DNA from: Azolla caroliniana
Lineage: Eukaryota; Plantae; Polypodiophyta
Assembly (NCBI GenBank): GCA_043228905.1
Contig: JBHGNT010000012.1
Span: 15,376,001 to 15,440,000, forward strand
Direction: 5' to 3'
Length of the DNA: 64,000 bases
Shown here: positions 14,450 through 25,215 of the stretch, in pieces
Layout of the letters: the number at the start of each line of letters is the position of its first letter
Position numbering within the stretch: position 1 is the first letter of the stretch
Position numbers and translations under genes: made by a program
Notes under the pieces: model-generated
Database searches by the model: none
Seen by the model: the letters and a program-made list of their open reading frames with translations, nothing else
Told to the model about the DNA's origin: nothing

Positions 14450-14888
14450 CTACCATCAATATATGCATCTATGTATGTATGTATGTATCTGAATTTGCCT
14501 CTGTATCAGTGTTCGTATTCGTATTCGTATCTATAAATCTGCATCTGTGTGTATCCTAATTTGCCTTTGTATCTGTTTGTATCCGAATTTGCCATCAATA
14601 TATGCATCTATGTATGTATGTATCTGAATTTGCCTTTGTATCTGTGTCTGTATCTGTGTCCGCATCCATATCTGTATCCGTAAATCTACATCTGTGTGTA
14701 TCCCAATTTGCCTTTGTATTTGTTTGTATCCCAATTTGCCATCAATATATGCATGTATGTATGTATGTATTTGAATTTGCCTTTGTATCAGTGTCCGTAT
14801 TTGTATCCACATTCGTATCCGTATTCGTATCCATAAATTTGCATCTGTGTGTATCCCAATTTGCCTTTGTATCAGTGTCCATATCCGT
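14450..14888. repeat. Degenerate tandem repeat with aatttgcctttgtatc-containing units
   Basis: The motifs aatttgcctttgtat and catctgtgtgtatccc recur at ~140-bp higher-order spacing. Confidence 0.75.
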
Positions 14889-15770
14889 TGTCGTGAGGAT
14901 TCCCGGCAAACGGTGAGAGAACTGGACGGGAACGGGCAAAGTCCCACCAACGATGTGCAACATGTGCACATGTACATACCTTAGAAAAATGTAAATAGAA
15001 ATAAAGGGGAAACTATAAGTGTGTTAAAGTGCATGGGAGTTAGCGAGGAATAAGTGTCATGTGTACACATCAGTGCACTTGCATACATTGTGGGGGTGCG
15101 AAAGTGAGGGTGTTTAATGTACCCCTCCGGATATCAAGGCAAATATCTCCTTTGAAAAGGGGGAATATATTGACCAACTTTGTAACGTATCTCCCTCCTT
15201 GGGTTATAAAAGGAGGGGAGAGTCTCATGTTTGGGGGGTTCCCCATTTTTGAGTGGGGTCTAGATTTGTTTTGGTCTTGCTCATCCGTTAGGGTTTGGGG
15301 TTTCGTTTTGGTGTTTAGGGTTAGTTCTACTCGAGCTCAAATGCTCTGAGGATTCCGGTTTTCTGTTGTGTCTTTGGCACAAGGGCTCCACTCACAATGG
15401 CAAGCTCGTGAGCTCCCCGACTAGAGGCTTGACTGCAAACACTCGTTGTATCTAATACGTTTGGGTTCGGCTCGAAGCCGGAGATGTAACATGTTATTTT
15501 TGTATATATACATTGATTTGTGCCTATCTGTGTCGGTTTCCCTTCTTTCTAGTATCTGTGTACGAGATGTGTAAATGAGTGTGTGTGCACGCGTCTGTCT
15601 CTCTCTCATCCGGTTGCCTCCGGCATGAATCCAGAAATGTGTTGGTCGATGTCATAGCCGGAGTGATTGATACTGGTGAAGCTCACTCTTTCCCTCTCTG
15701 TCCCTCTCTAGTCCAAGACCTTGGTGGTCCTGCCCCAGGATTTGACACGTACACGCGGATTTCCGCGACA
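14889..15770 (+). mobile_element. LTR of a tRNA-Trp-primed Gypsy element whose internal region continues at 15771-16064 and ~25471-26080
   Basis: TGTCGTGAGG...TCCGCGACA termini, followed by tctt-TGGTGATCCCGA, a degenerate Trp PBS with the same spacing as at 61351-61370. Confidence 0.75.
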
Positions 15771-16282
15771 TCTTTGGTGATCCCGAGCAAAGACCAACTG
15801 AGCAAGGAGGCAATCGGTCGAGACCGATCCAAGTAGATAACAAGTCGGCCCATTCGGAGGTTGAAGCAGCGGGGACTAGTGAGCCCAAAGGAGGACGAAA
15901 GATGAGAAGAGCCCTTCACACCTAATCTGGAGACTTCGACGATCGAGCCCGTGTGCCGACATGAGACCGAAGAGAAAGGAGGTGGCGGCGAGGAGACTTG
16001 ACACGATGCTAGTGAGGACGGAGGAGAAGAGGAGCTCTCCACACCGATTCGGAGACTTCAGGGGTGTCATGATGTGGCGTGCCGAGTGTGGGAAAAATCC
16101 GGTGATAGGGGGTCGAAATGTGTATATGCAATGTATGTGCACACGAAGGCAATTAATTGTGCACATGCAAAAGAAAAGGGAAAAGGAAGGGTGCAAAGGA
16201 GGTATAGAAACTCGTGTAAAAGAGAGGAGAGATGGAAATTAGAGAGGAGGTAGACTGTGGATTTGTAGATTAATAGGATTAT

Positions 16283-16315
16283 AACACCGGGTCATTTGAA
16301 ACAGGTAATATGTCG
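16283..16315 (+). repeat. Left terminal inverted repeat
   Basis: Exact reverse complement of 23841-23873. Confidence 0.95.
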
Positions 16316-17042
16316 TATTCTCTTTTGGCATAGTTGGCCAGATGTAGAAAAGTACCCTATTTTAGCCTGATATCGAAAATATACGATGCATGCGTACCCC
16401 TTTTGCGACTTGATGGTTAAATATAGAACAAAAAAAACCTAGCAATTACTAAATTGTATATGTGTCCACATTCGTGTCAATTTGCATATCATGGAGCACA
16501 ATTGAAGACTTGGTTCAATATAAAGTTCTAAAATTGGTATCCATATTCAAATTGTAGAGTAAAACTACATAAACCGTAATTATAAATATGTGGTTGGTTT
16601 AGGAATAAAGTAGTACCCCACTTGTTGGACGGGTATATCGATAGTTTCATTGTATAATGTCATATAGTTCATGACAATGTAATTGGTAAGAGTAACAATT
16701 ACGTATGACATTCATTTATACTATGTGGAACTAGTAGACTTGAACTGTAGGTAACTAAAAACCTCTTATTATCAAAAACATTCGCCTTTTCATATACAGT
16801 CATGCTAACGGAAATGAGAAATTACGATATCATGTTAATATCTCAAACTGAAGAAGAGCATGGTGACCAATTATATGTAAATACAAACTACGGTTCCAAT
16901 AATGATTAAAAAGGGAAATTATGAACAGGTGAATTTAATTAAACGATAAACAATTACAGATGTTCTCATATACAAATATAATATGAAGTGATGGTGAACA
17001 TTATGCCTCAAAATCCTCAATTTTTACATTACGCCATCTACA

Positions 17043-20000
17043 TCAATCTATAAGCAAATCAGGCAGAGCAGGCTCCTCTGGCGCTGATTGTTCTAGACTA
17101 TTTTCATTCGTGTCATCTCCAAGATCTCCCGAATCTGATGTATGGTCAAACTGTGCTACATCTTCCAGGTCCACCAGCTCCCCTGCTTCTTCATCAATTG
17201 GTTCCATTGGTTCTCGTGAAGTCATCTGGAACATCTCTGTCTCGTTGATGTGTTTTGCTCCGACTTCTTGATCCTGATCTGGACAGTCCCAGATTCCTGT
17301 GATCCTCATTTTGATGAAGTTAACTTGAGAAGGGTCCTTCTCCAATGCAACACAGTTTCTAAACATCTTCAATGCACAAGTTGTCGTTGTACCTAATGGT
17401 CGCATGAACACAAACAAGTATATATAAGAAGTAACGTCTTAAACTTGATCGACAGGATTGAAATTAAATATATATATTATACCTGTGCCAGAGAACAAGT
17501 CTAGGACCCAATCATCTGGATTCGAGAAGAGCTCTATGAGGCGGTTGATCAATCTTTGAGGTTTTTAATAAGGGTTCACCATACTTTTATCCCCTGACAC
17601 ATGTCTTAATTTTTTGGTTACAGCTGGGCACATGATGTAGTTAACCACGTTACGCTCATTGACATGTGCTCTAGCCTTCTTCTTTGTAATTGAATCATAG
17701 TAGCCCACACAAAAATGTTCGACCGCACTAACCATTCGATCGCCAGGGCTACGTGTAATATTTGTTTTGATCCTATAGAGAAAGAAAATCAAGTATTAGA
17801 GGTGTAAATGTGTACATATAATAAGAAGTACTGTAATAAGTAAAAGCGAACTATAACGCACCAATGCATGTGTTCAGTGGCATGACAACGGACTTCAAAG
17901 CTGTTGTGACTGACAGTGATTGCCCCATGCTATGAAATATGACTATCCTCCATAAGGGGGCCAATGTCAGTTCTGCGAAATCCTTTACCATTTTCTCGAT
18001 CTGAGGGTACTTGAAAGGCACATCATCATATGTTGATCCCGCAATACGGAAACCATATGGTATGTCAGCTATTAGCAAAGTGTAGTGCCTTCTCGGTAAC
18101 AGTTCGAGCATCTGGGATACTTCGCCATTGAAAACACTATAATGAAGCTGTTTGAAAGGATCAGACCTATGCAAAAAACTCTTTACAGTCTCCGAATCCT
18201 CGGGCAGTTCCATTTCCTTCCCTTTGGTCATTCTCTTGTCATATTTCGCACGTTCTAAGTGCGTGATGAAGGCCGCTGGAATACCGTCATTATTGTCGTT
18301 GTTCTTTTTCGATTTTGATGGTTTCTGCAAGTGTCATTGTTGTTAGTAGGGAACATTAGTTTCTAACATATCAACATTCAAAAGACACATACCCATTCTC
18401 TAAATACAATAAAATATTCCTCCAATGCCTTGTAGGAAGAAGTTATCGGGCAGGCTTGTTCAACTTCTTCCCATGTCGGTAAACTCAGTTTTTGCATCAT
18501 CAACTCCTGAATCTTCATGTATACCTTGTGACTGCACAATCAATATGAAATTAGAAATAAGATATTCAAAATAATTGAAGACTTTCATGAAAAGGTATAC
18601 TATAAACACTTACTTTTGCAAGTCTGTTACCATCTCATCCAAACTAAATTCCTTGGCGACCACTCGAGATAGCACGGATATTAACAATCTATCATCTTTG
18701 ATACCTTGTAATGATCTCCAAGGTAAAAGTTTCATGTCCTCTGCTAACTCCTCGATTACCAAGTCGCTGTTTCCCTTGGTCTTTGATTTGATCTCAACTT
18801 GTGGATCAATTCTTCCCTTTTTTGATCTTTGCCCCTTGACTTCTTTCCGCTCCCACATAGAGAATATTTTGTCTTGGAGATCCCACACCTCTCCGGTCCG
18901 AAAAGCTAGTTGAAACCAAGAATCATATTTTCGGAGACCATCGGATTTGGTACTCTCATCCACTGCAATCCCTACTTCCAATAAACACTGGCGTCGCAAT
19001 CCAGGCCACAATCTTGGACCAAAACGATTCAAGGCATCCAGGTATTCATGATGAAAAAATCTTATTCTCTCTATACATGACATCTTTTGCCTATAATCGT
19101 TGTCATTGTTATGGTCCCATGCGAGCAGCTTCGCCTCCTCGTGAGTTAGTCTTGCATATACCTTACATTCGGCGTACTTGAAGAACGGCGTGAGAGGATA
19201 TTCTTTGACAAGCTGTCGTCGAGCTTCGGCCGAATGCAATCCTCCGATTACATAGTATGTGTAATCGTCTGCAGAGCTATACTTGAAATCTGCTACTGTT
19301 GGGCATTGTTCTTGATCAACCATTACCAAAAATGGCACCACAGTAGCGTGAGGATTGATTTTCATTTTGCTTTTCAGGTTTTGCACATGGACGGAGTGCG
19401 GCTCCCTAATTTCCAGGGGACGTCTTCCAGTCACGGGGTCAATGGGGGGCCTTTGGATAGAAGTAATGGGCAAATGAAATAGCTGGCCCCTGCGCACAAG
19501 TTTAGTCTTCACAATATTTTCTCTTATTTTATTTTGTTCTGACGTCAGGACACTAGAAGATAGTTGTCCGCCTGGAGCCACGACGTCGACTTGTTGGTCG
19601 TCTTCTTCTTCCACGAACTCTAATATTTCTTCTTCTTCTTCTTCGGGTCGTGGTCGTTTAGTATATTTCTTTTAAACAGGATTTGTCTTCCTAGACTTTT
19701 TCGGTGGAGTTTCTGCTTCACCGGTCATCATCTCTCATGTCACGTACGGCCGAAGAGCTACCAACAAGTTATTTTTCGTTTGCAGGTCTTTACGCAAAGC
19801 CTTGGGATTGCAAGATTCGGGTACTAGGTTTCCCTCGTCAAGTCGCAATCGCCTGTTGCCAACTGAGCTCGAGACGTCGATTAAAATACTTGTAGAGTCA
19901 ATGTCTTCGTACTCTAGCTTGGTTACATGCTCGTAATTAAATGTTTTTCCAAGCTGAAGTTTCCCTTCCCCGTCCGATTTTGCTGTTATCAATAACAACA

Positions 20001-20575
20001 CCCCATCCTCCTCAACATAAGAGAGACACCATTCAAGTTCGGGGTAATCCTTATATTTCACCTCAACCGTTTTCTCCTCTTGCGTACTACCTTTGTTGAT
20101 TTTGGTAGTAGCCACAGATGACTTGGATCCTCCTTCCCCCGTTGAGTCAAATAAAATCTTTTTACTCGTGTCCTTGATGAAGGAGCCAGATTCTCGTTTT
20201 GTCGGAGATCGAATCTTCAATCTAAATGAAGGAACTTTTTGTCTGGGTTCACTGAAATTAAAAACATTGGTGAAAACATAGAAACAACGTACAATTTTAT
20301 CTAAATCACGCAAATTATCATTTGAATTACGTCAATTTTATGGTCCCATGCGATAGTTTTTTATCGCAAAAACAACATTGTTTTAAACCAAAATCCGATG
20401 CAGTGCATCGGATTTTGGTTGAAGGTCTTGCCTTTCAAAATTGCTTTCCAAGTTCGTTGTACAAAATAAAATAAAATTTCTATGTGTTGAGGAAAGGAAT
20501 CTTTAAGGAATCTTTAGGAATCTTAAAAAATGTAAAGAATATTACTAACCTGACGATTTTCTTTCCCTTGTTCAT
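17043..20575 (-). pseudogene. Intron-containing ParB/Srx-like domain + beta-class amino (N6-adenine/N4-cytosine) DNA methyltransferase fusion, ~968 aa reconstructed
   Basis: Exons 20575-20550, 20251-18614, 18531-18393, 18324-17862, 17772-17483, 17392-17043, all GT..AG. ParB-like segment: LPITSIQRP...REPHSVHVQNLKSKM...VVPFLVMV...YYVIGGLHSAEARRQL. MTase motif IV: LLIADIPYG. Further motifs: (EHMH)WIK, NPY(Q)KPQRLINRLIELFSNPDDWVLDLFSGTGTT (motif X-I) and ALEKD. Lesions: stops at 19735, ~19672 and 17565, plus a 1-nt deletion at ~17889. The small first exon is less certain. Confidence 0.85.
20386..20420. repeat. Perfect palindrome (17-bp arms, 1-nt centre) in intron 1 of the MTase gene
   Basis: AACCAAAATCCGATGCA-G-TGCATCGGATTTTGGTT. 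Confidence 0.9.
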
Positions 20576-20872
20576 GGTTCGTGCCGATGGTAGTGCTGTC
20601 GACGATGTGCTTCTGAGTGCTCGAAAATTGGCCTGTGCTCTGAGCTCGATGGATTCTTTCACGTGATAATGAAAATGAAATTTCTAACCTCCTTATATAG
20701 AAGACTTTAGCATTCCTTTTAAAATAAAAAATAATTTTTAATTATTTGTTTTTTAGGAAAATTTCGGAAAATAATATAGTTAATCTAAGTGTTCGGGTAG
20801 TTATATAGTTAGGTTTTAGCATTCCTTAATTTTCTCAAAAGAAGGTTTTAGAATACAGTTAGACTCCCTCAA
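20576..20872. promoter_or_regulatory. Putative bidirectional promoter between the MTase and transposase genes
   Basis: About 300 bp of AT-rich spacer between head-to-head starts, with TATATA boxes near 20694 and 20802. Function is inferred only. Confidence 0.4.
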
Positions 20873-23546
20873 ATGTCTTCTTCTACAAGTAGAACATCTC
20901 TTTTTTCTATTGCCCCCTTTTCATTGTCAGACAACTCGTATTTCTCAATAGAAGAGTACGACCACAAAAAACATTTGCGGCTTAAACAGAAAAGTGTGGC
21001 TCCTAGTACTTCGAATTCTCTGTTTTCAATTGATCCTGTTGATGGCTCTCTTCATGCAAGCTTACAAGCGGACGATTCTTCGTCGATAGATAACAATAGC
21101 ATTACTAAACCTCTAGCATTTAAAAGAGTTCCTCGACAAGTTAGTGAAAAGAGATTTAATTTCTTATGTTCTGATCGTCAACTTCTATGCGACTTGAACA
21201 AATCATGTTGTGCGAATCTCTGTCTATCAACTTATGGAAAGTCAAGGTTATGTGAAACACGACAAAAATACTTGTCGCTTAATGGGGAAGAGCAAGATAC
21301 ATTTCTTCTTGCACATATGCAACTTAAATTGGATCACAAAGCAGGGCCTAATTCAACGCAAGTTGAATATTTCCTTGGACTAAATACCAAGTCTTGTCGA
21401 GCAGCTATTAAAATCACTCATAGCATTGGAAATATGCGGCTGCAACGAGTTCAAGAGCGACTTCTGAAGGGCTCCTGGGTACAGTTCGATCAAAATGGTT
21501 CTGGATGTAAGGGTCAAATTCGGCAACAGGCAATTAGGTGGATGGAGGTATATTTTTCAAAACAGTGTGAAGTTATGCCAACGACAGGAAGACTTCATTT
21601 GTCAGATAACTTTACTCGAAGGGAAGTTTACCAATCGTACAAGGACGACATGTCTTCCGATGTTGAGCCTTACATACAGTACAAACATTTTAATCGACTA
21701 TGGAGGTTACAATTTAATAACGTGGTTATCCCACGAAAGGTGCGAATGGGAGTCAGCTCAATATGTGCGAGTTTAAAAAGTATGGCCAAGGGTGGAAAAT
21801 CAGATGTAGAGATCAAGAATTACAAGAACCTGTTAAAAGAACATCGTGAAAGTCAGGCATTGGAACGTACTAAGGCTATGCATCACCGACAAAAAGCGTT
21901 TCAATCTCCCGAAAAGTATATGTGCATGATTATTGACGGCATGGATCAAAAGAAAACTTGTTTGCTGCATTTTCAAAGACTCCCTAAGGATATTGGAAAT
22001 GAGTGTCTCGTGCAAATGCATCTAGTGGGTTGTTTGACATATTGTCAAACTATAAGACCGCAAGTGTTCTTAACTTATCCCAATATCCACAACGACCCTA
22101 ATCTTACTGTCACTGTCATGCACAGGGTATTGCAATCATGGTCAGGTATACTCCCGCCAGTTCTATATGTGCAACTAGGCAACACAGCAAGAGAGAATAA
22201 GAACTCAACTGTCTTCGGCTATCTAAGCATGCTAGTAGAGAGGGGCATATTTAAAAAGATAAAGGTTAACTTCTTGTTGGTTGGTCATACCCATGATCAC
22301 ATAGGATCAAATGTTCAGTAGGTTCTCAAAGAAACTTGCTCGCTGTAATGCTTTAACACTTCCCACGCTATCCAAATTGATTAGTGAAGCATATACACCA
22401 AAGCCTGAAGTACAACACTTGGAAGAAGTATACGACTTTAAACGTTTCTGCATGGATAGTGACGGGACTAAAGGTAGGGTGCTTGCACCTCTTAATATTA
22501 TAAGTTTCAACCATGTCTTCCTCATAAAACAAAGATCGGCCCACCTGAAGATGGTGGTGTTGTTTGCGAAACAATACTCATCTAGTGCACAATGGGAGCC
22601 CCAAGAAGGTTGTAGGCTCCTTCTTCATATCCCAGATGAACCTCTACATGGTGCACAACAAATGCCATATGATGATCGTAAAAATGTAGCACCAAATAGT
22701 ACTATTGATGAACAAAGGGCATATTGGTTGAGATGTCTAGCAGAGAAACAAAATAATATTGATCGGACTAAGAAGTATGCCGGTGATGAGGATGTTGAAT
22801 GGTGGGAGATTTTCTTCACCCATCAACGCACCATTTTAGATAATTACATCGCCGGTTTATGGCCAATCCGTATCCCATTCACATGGAACATTGGGATGAC
22901 ATCAACGATATCGCAGACTCATCACCAACAATCGAATAATATGGAGCTTCATGATTTAGTTCGGCCGCTGCAAAGAGATATTTATGTGGGACCAAGAAAG
23001 TCACGTACTGTTGAGGCAAGATGGCAAGGTAATTTGCAAGAACTACAAGTGGGAATGTTGGTTGCAACATTAGCAAGGGACGATACCTTGGGCCATCCAT
23101 TTTGGATTGCAAAAATTATTGAATTAGTAAGGGATGAAGAAAGTAGTCAGACAAAATCAATAGTAGTCCACTGGTATCAGACAAATTCACCTGATGCATT
23201 TACAGGAAAGTATTCTTTAGAGATGGTTAAGGATGTCGGATGTTCAAGCAGAAAGAGAAGAAGAAAGAATATACCGAGCACGGCTACTCTCACACTAGAC
23301 CGTGTTGACATACTAGTATATGACTTCTCATTGACAAAATCAGGTCATCTAAGACAAGCAACTATCAAGATAATAAAGGAGAAAATCCCAAACATGGTGT
23401 CAAACGAAATACAGAGAATAACCAGAAGCAATTCTCATAACCACAAAGATGTTGGGTTGGAATTGGATGAGGATAATGCTTTGATTGCCACTGATGATGA
23501 GGATGAGATGTCAGAATGCTCTTCTAGTCCATCAGACATGTCTTAA
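20873..23546 (+). pseudogene. Sola-like DDD (RNase H-fold) transposase, ~890 aa reconstructed, frameshifted
   Basis: Motifs CMIIDGMDQ, LYVQL(G)NTARENKN and FLLVGHTHDHI-DQMFSRFS. The last is split by one extra G at 22304-22305, joining ORFs 20873-22321 and 22311-23546. The N-terminus is Cys-rich (CCANLC) and the C-terminus has a beta-barrel-like domain. Confidence 0.85.
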
Positions 23547-23840
23547 TATATTGGTTTGGTTCAAGCTGGGGATTGTTTTACTACATGATCGGAAACTTTG
23601 TAAATTTGTTTTGGATGTAAACTCACGAATATGTATAATTGTAATTGGTAGACATGTTGTACATTATTTTGTAATTTTGGTGATGTATTTTTGGAGGCAT
23701 TTTACTTATGCCTCAAAGTGGTAGTCATGTTGAAATTCAATATATTTTGCCACCTTTTCTGAAAAGCTTTACTCATGCGTCGTGTCTTTTTGAAAACTGC
23801 GTGCTTTTGTGCCCTTTTTCGACGTAGTGTTCTCATAATG

Positions 23841-23873
23841 CGACATATTACCTGTTTCAAATGACCCGGTGTT
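23841..23873 (-). repeat. Right terminal inverted repeat
   Basis: CGACATATTACCTGTTTCAAATGACCCGGTGTT, followed by TSD TTAT. Confidence 0.95.
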
Positions 23874-24579
23874 TTATATTATAATAGAGAATTGATGGGC
23901 TAGAGGATAGACACATTGTCTCCTTATTAAAGGTGCATGGTTCAAATTTGGTCTAGCAATGTAGCGTGATTTAAGGAATTTTATTCCTTTTGTATTGAAG
24001 ACGAATGTGGTCACCCCCCTTCCCTTTTTTTTCCTATAAAAGGAGGTCGAGGGAGGCTCATTTGGGGAGGACGTTTTGGGAGGACGAGACTATCACCATT
24101 TTTCTTTTGGAGCTCTTCATCTTCATCTTCACCATTTTTCTTCATCTCGTACCCCTTCATCCCCTCATCATCGTGTGCTCGTCTTCTTCGTGTTGACACT
24201 CGAAGTGTTTGGGTCGTTTGCGGTGCTTGTGAGCTCGAGCCTAATTGGTTCGGTGTTGCTTCCCCGTTCGTCGTTGCGAGCCCGTGTGCTCGTCGTTCAG
24301 GTGGTCATGGCCGTGATCGTGGTTTGTTGGGGTTGGCATTTTTGTGGTGTGGTGTGCTCGTGTGCTCGTCTTCTTCGTGTTTGTGTTTAGTGTTCGGATT
24401 TACTCTTGTCTCGAAGGGCATTTACTATTTGTATTTTGTTGAACTTGTGGCTAACTAGAAGTCGCCACTTTGTAATCAAACCCTATTTTATAAAGGGCAC
24501 TCTTGCGTTGGAATCGAACACATATTTATTTCTTTAGCCAATATCATTCGTGTTTTTTTTCTTTCTTTCTTTATTCTCA

Positions 24580-25215
24580 TCCCCTTGTACGTTCGGCCGT
24601 CTTGTGACTAGGGAGTGTTTCGGGTGTGCCCATGCACCTCCCCTCCTCATAAAGGCGTACGAGCATTTGTGCATGTGTTTTGTGGCTTCCTTGTATGTTC
24701 GATCGTCTTGTGACGAGGGAGCGTTTCGGGCTTGCCCATGCACCTCTCCTCCTCATAAAGGCGTACGAGCATTTGTGCGTGTGTTTTGTGTCTTCCTTGT
24801 ACGTTCAACCGCCTTGTGATGAGGGAGCATTTCGGGCTTGTCCATGCACCTCTCCTCCTCATAAAGGCGTATGAGCATTTGTGCATGTGTTTTGTGTCTT
24901 CCTTGTATGTTCGACCGTCATATGATGAGGGAGCGTTTCGGGCTTGCCCATGCACCTCTCCTCATCATAAGGACGTACAGGCCCTCGTGTGTGAGTTTAT
25001 GCCTTCCTTGTACGTTCGGCGTCTTGTGACGAGGGAGCGTTCGGGCATGCCCATGCATCTCTCCTCCTCATAAAGACGTATGGGCATTCATATTTGTGTT
25101 CTCGTCCCCTTCCCTTTTATGTTCGGCGTCTTGTGAAGAGGGAGCGTTTGGGCATGCCCATGCACCTCTCCTCCTCATAAAGGCGTACAAGCATTTGTGA
25201 ATGTGTGTTCTTCCT
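24580..25215. repeat. Tandem array of ~6 x ~106-bp units inside the Gypsy LTR
   Basis: The motif ttcggg..gcccatgcacctctcctcctcataaaggcgtac recurs at 24619, 24725, 24831, 24937, ~25040 and ~25147. Confidence 0.9.

Larger units (their letters stand above)
16283..23873 (+). mobile_element. TIR DNA transposon (Sola-like, 7591 bp) carrying a transposase and a ParB-DNA methyltransferase cargo gene
   Basis: Perfect 33-bp TIRs AACACCGGGTCATTTGAAACAGGTAATATGTCG at 16283-16315 and (reverse complement) 23841-23873. The 4-bp TSD is TTAT (16279-16282 / 23874-23877). There are two divergent internal genes. Confidence 0.9.

Noticed and set aside
16285-16290. CACTA/EnSpm or Transib assignment from the CAC near the terminus
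   Set aside because: The inverted repeat extends to AAC, and only that boundary yields a TSD (4 bp). The transposase motifs are not TnpD-like.
17043-20575. Possibility that the MTase region is bacterial contamination or a prophage
   Set aside because: It has canonical spliceosomal introns, lies within TIRs with a TSD inside a plant LTR, and has no operon structure.
24580-25215. Regularly spaced repeats resembling a CRISPR array
   Set aside because: Whole ~106-bp units are repeated with no unique spacers and no cas genes. The context is a eukaryotic LTR.
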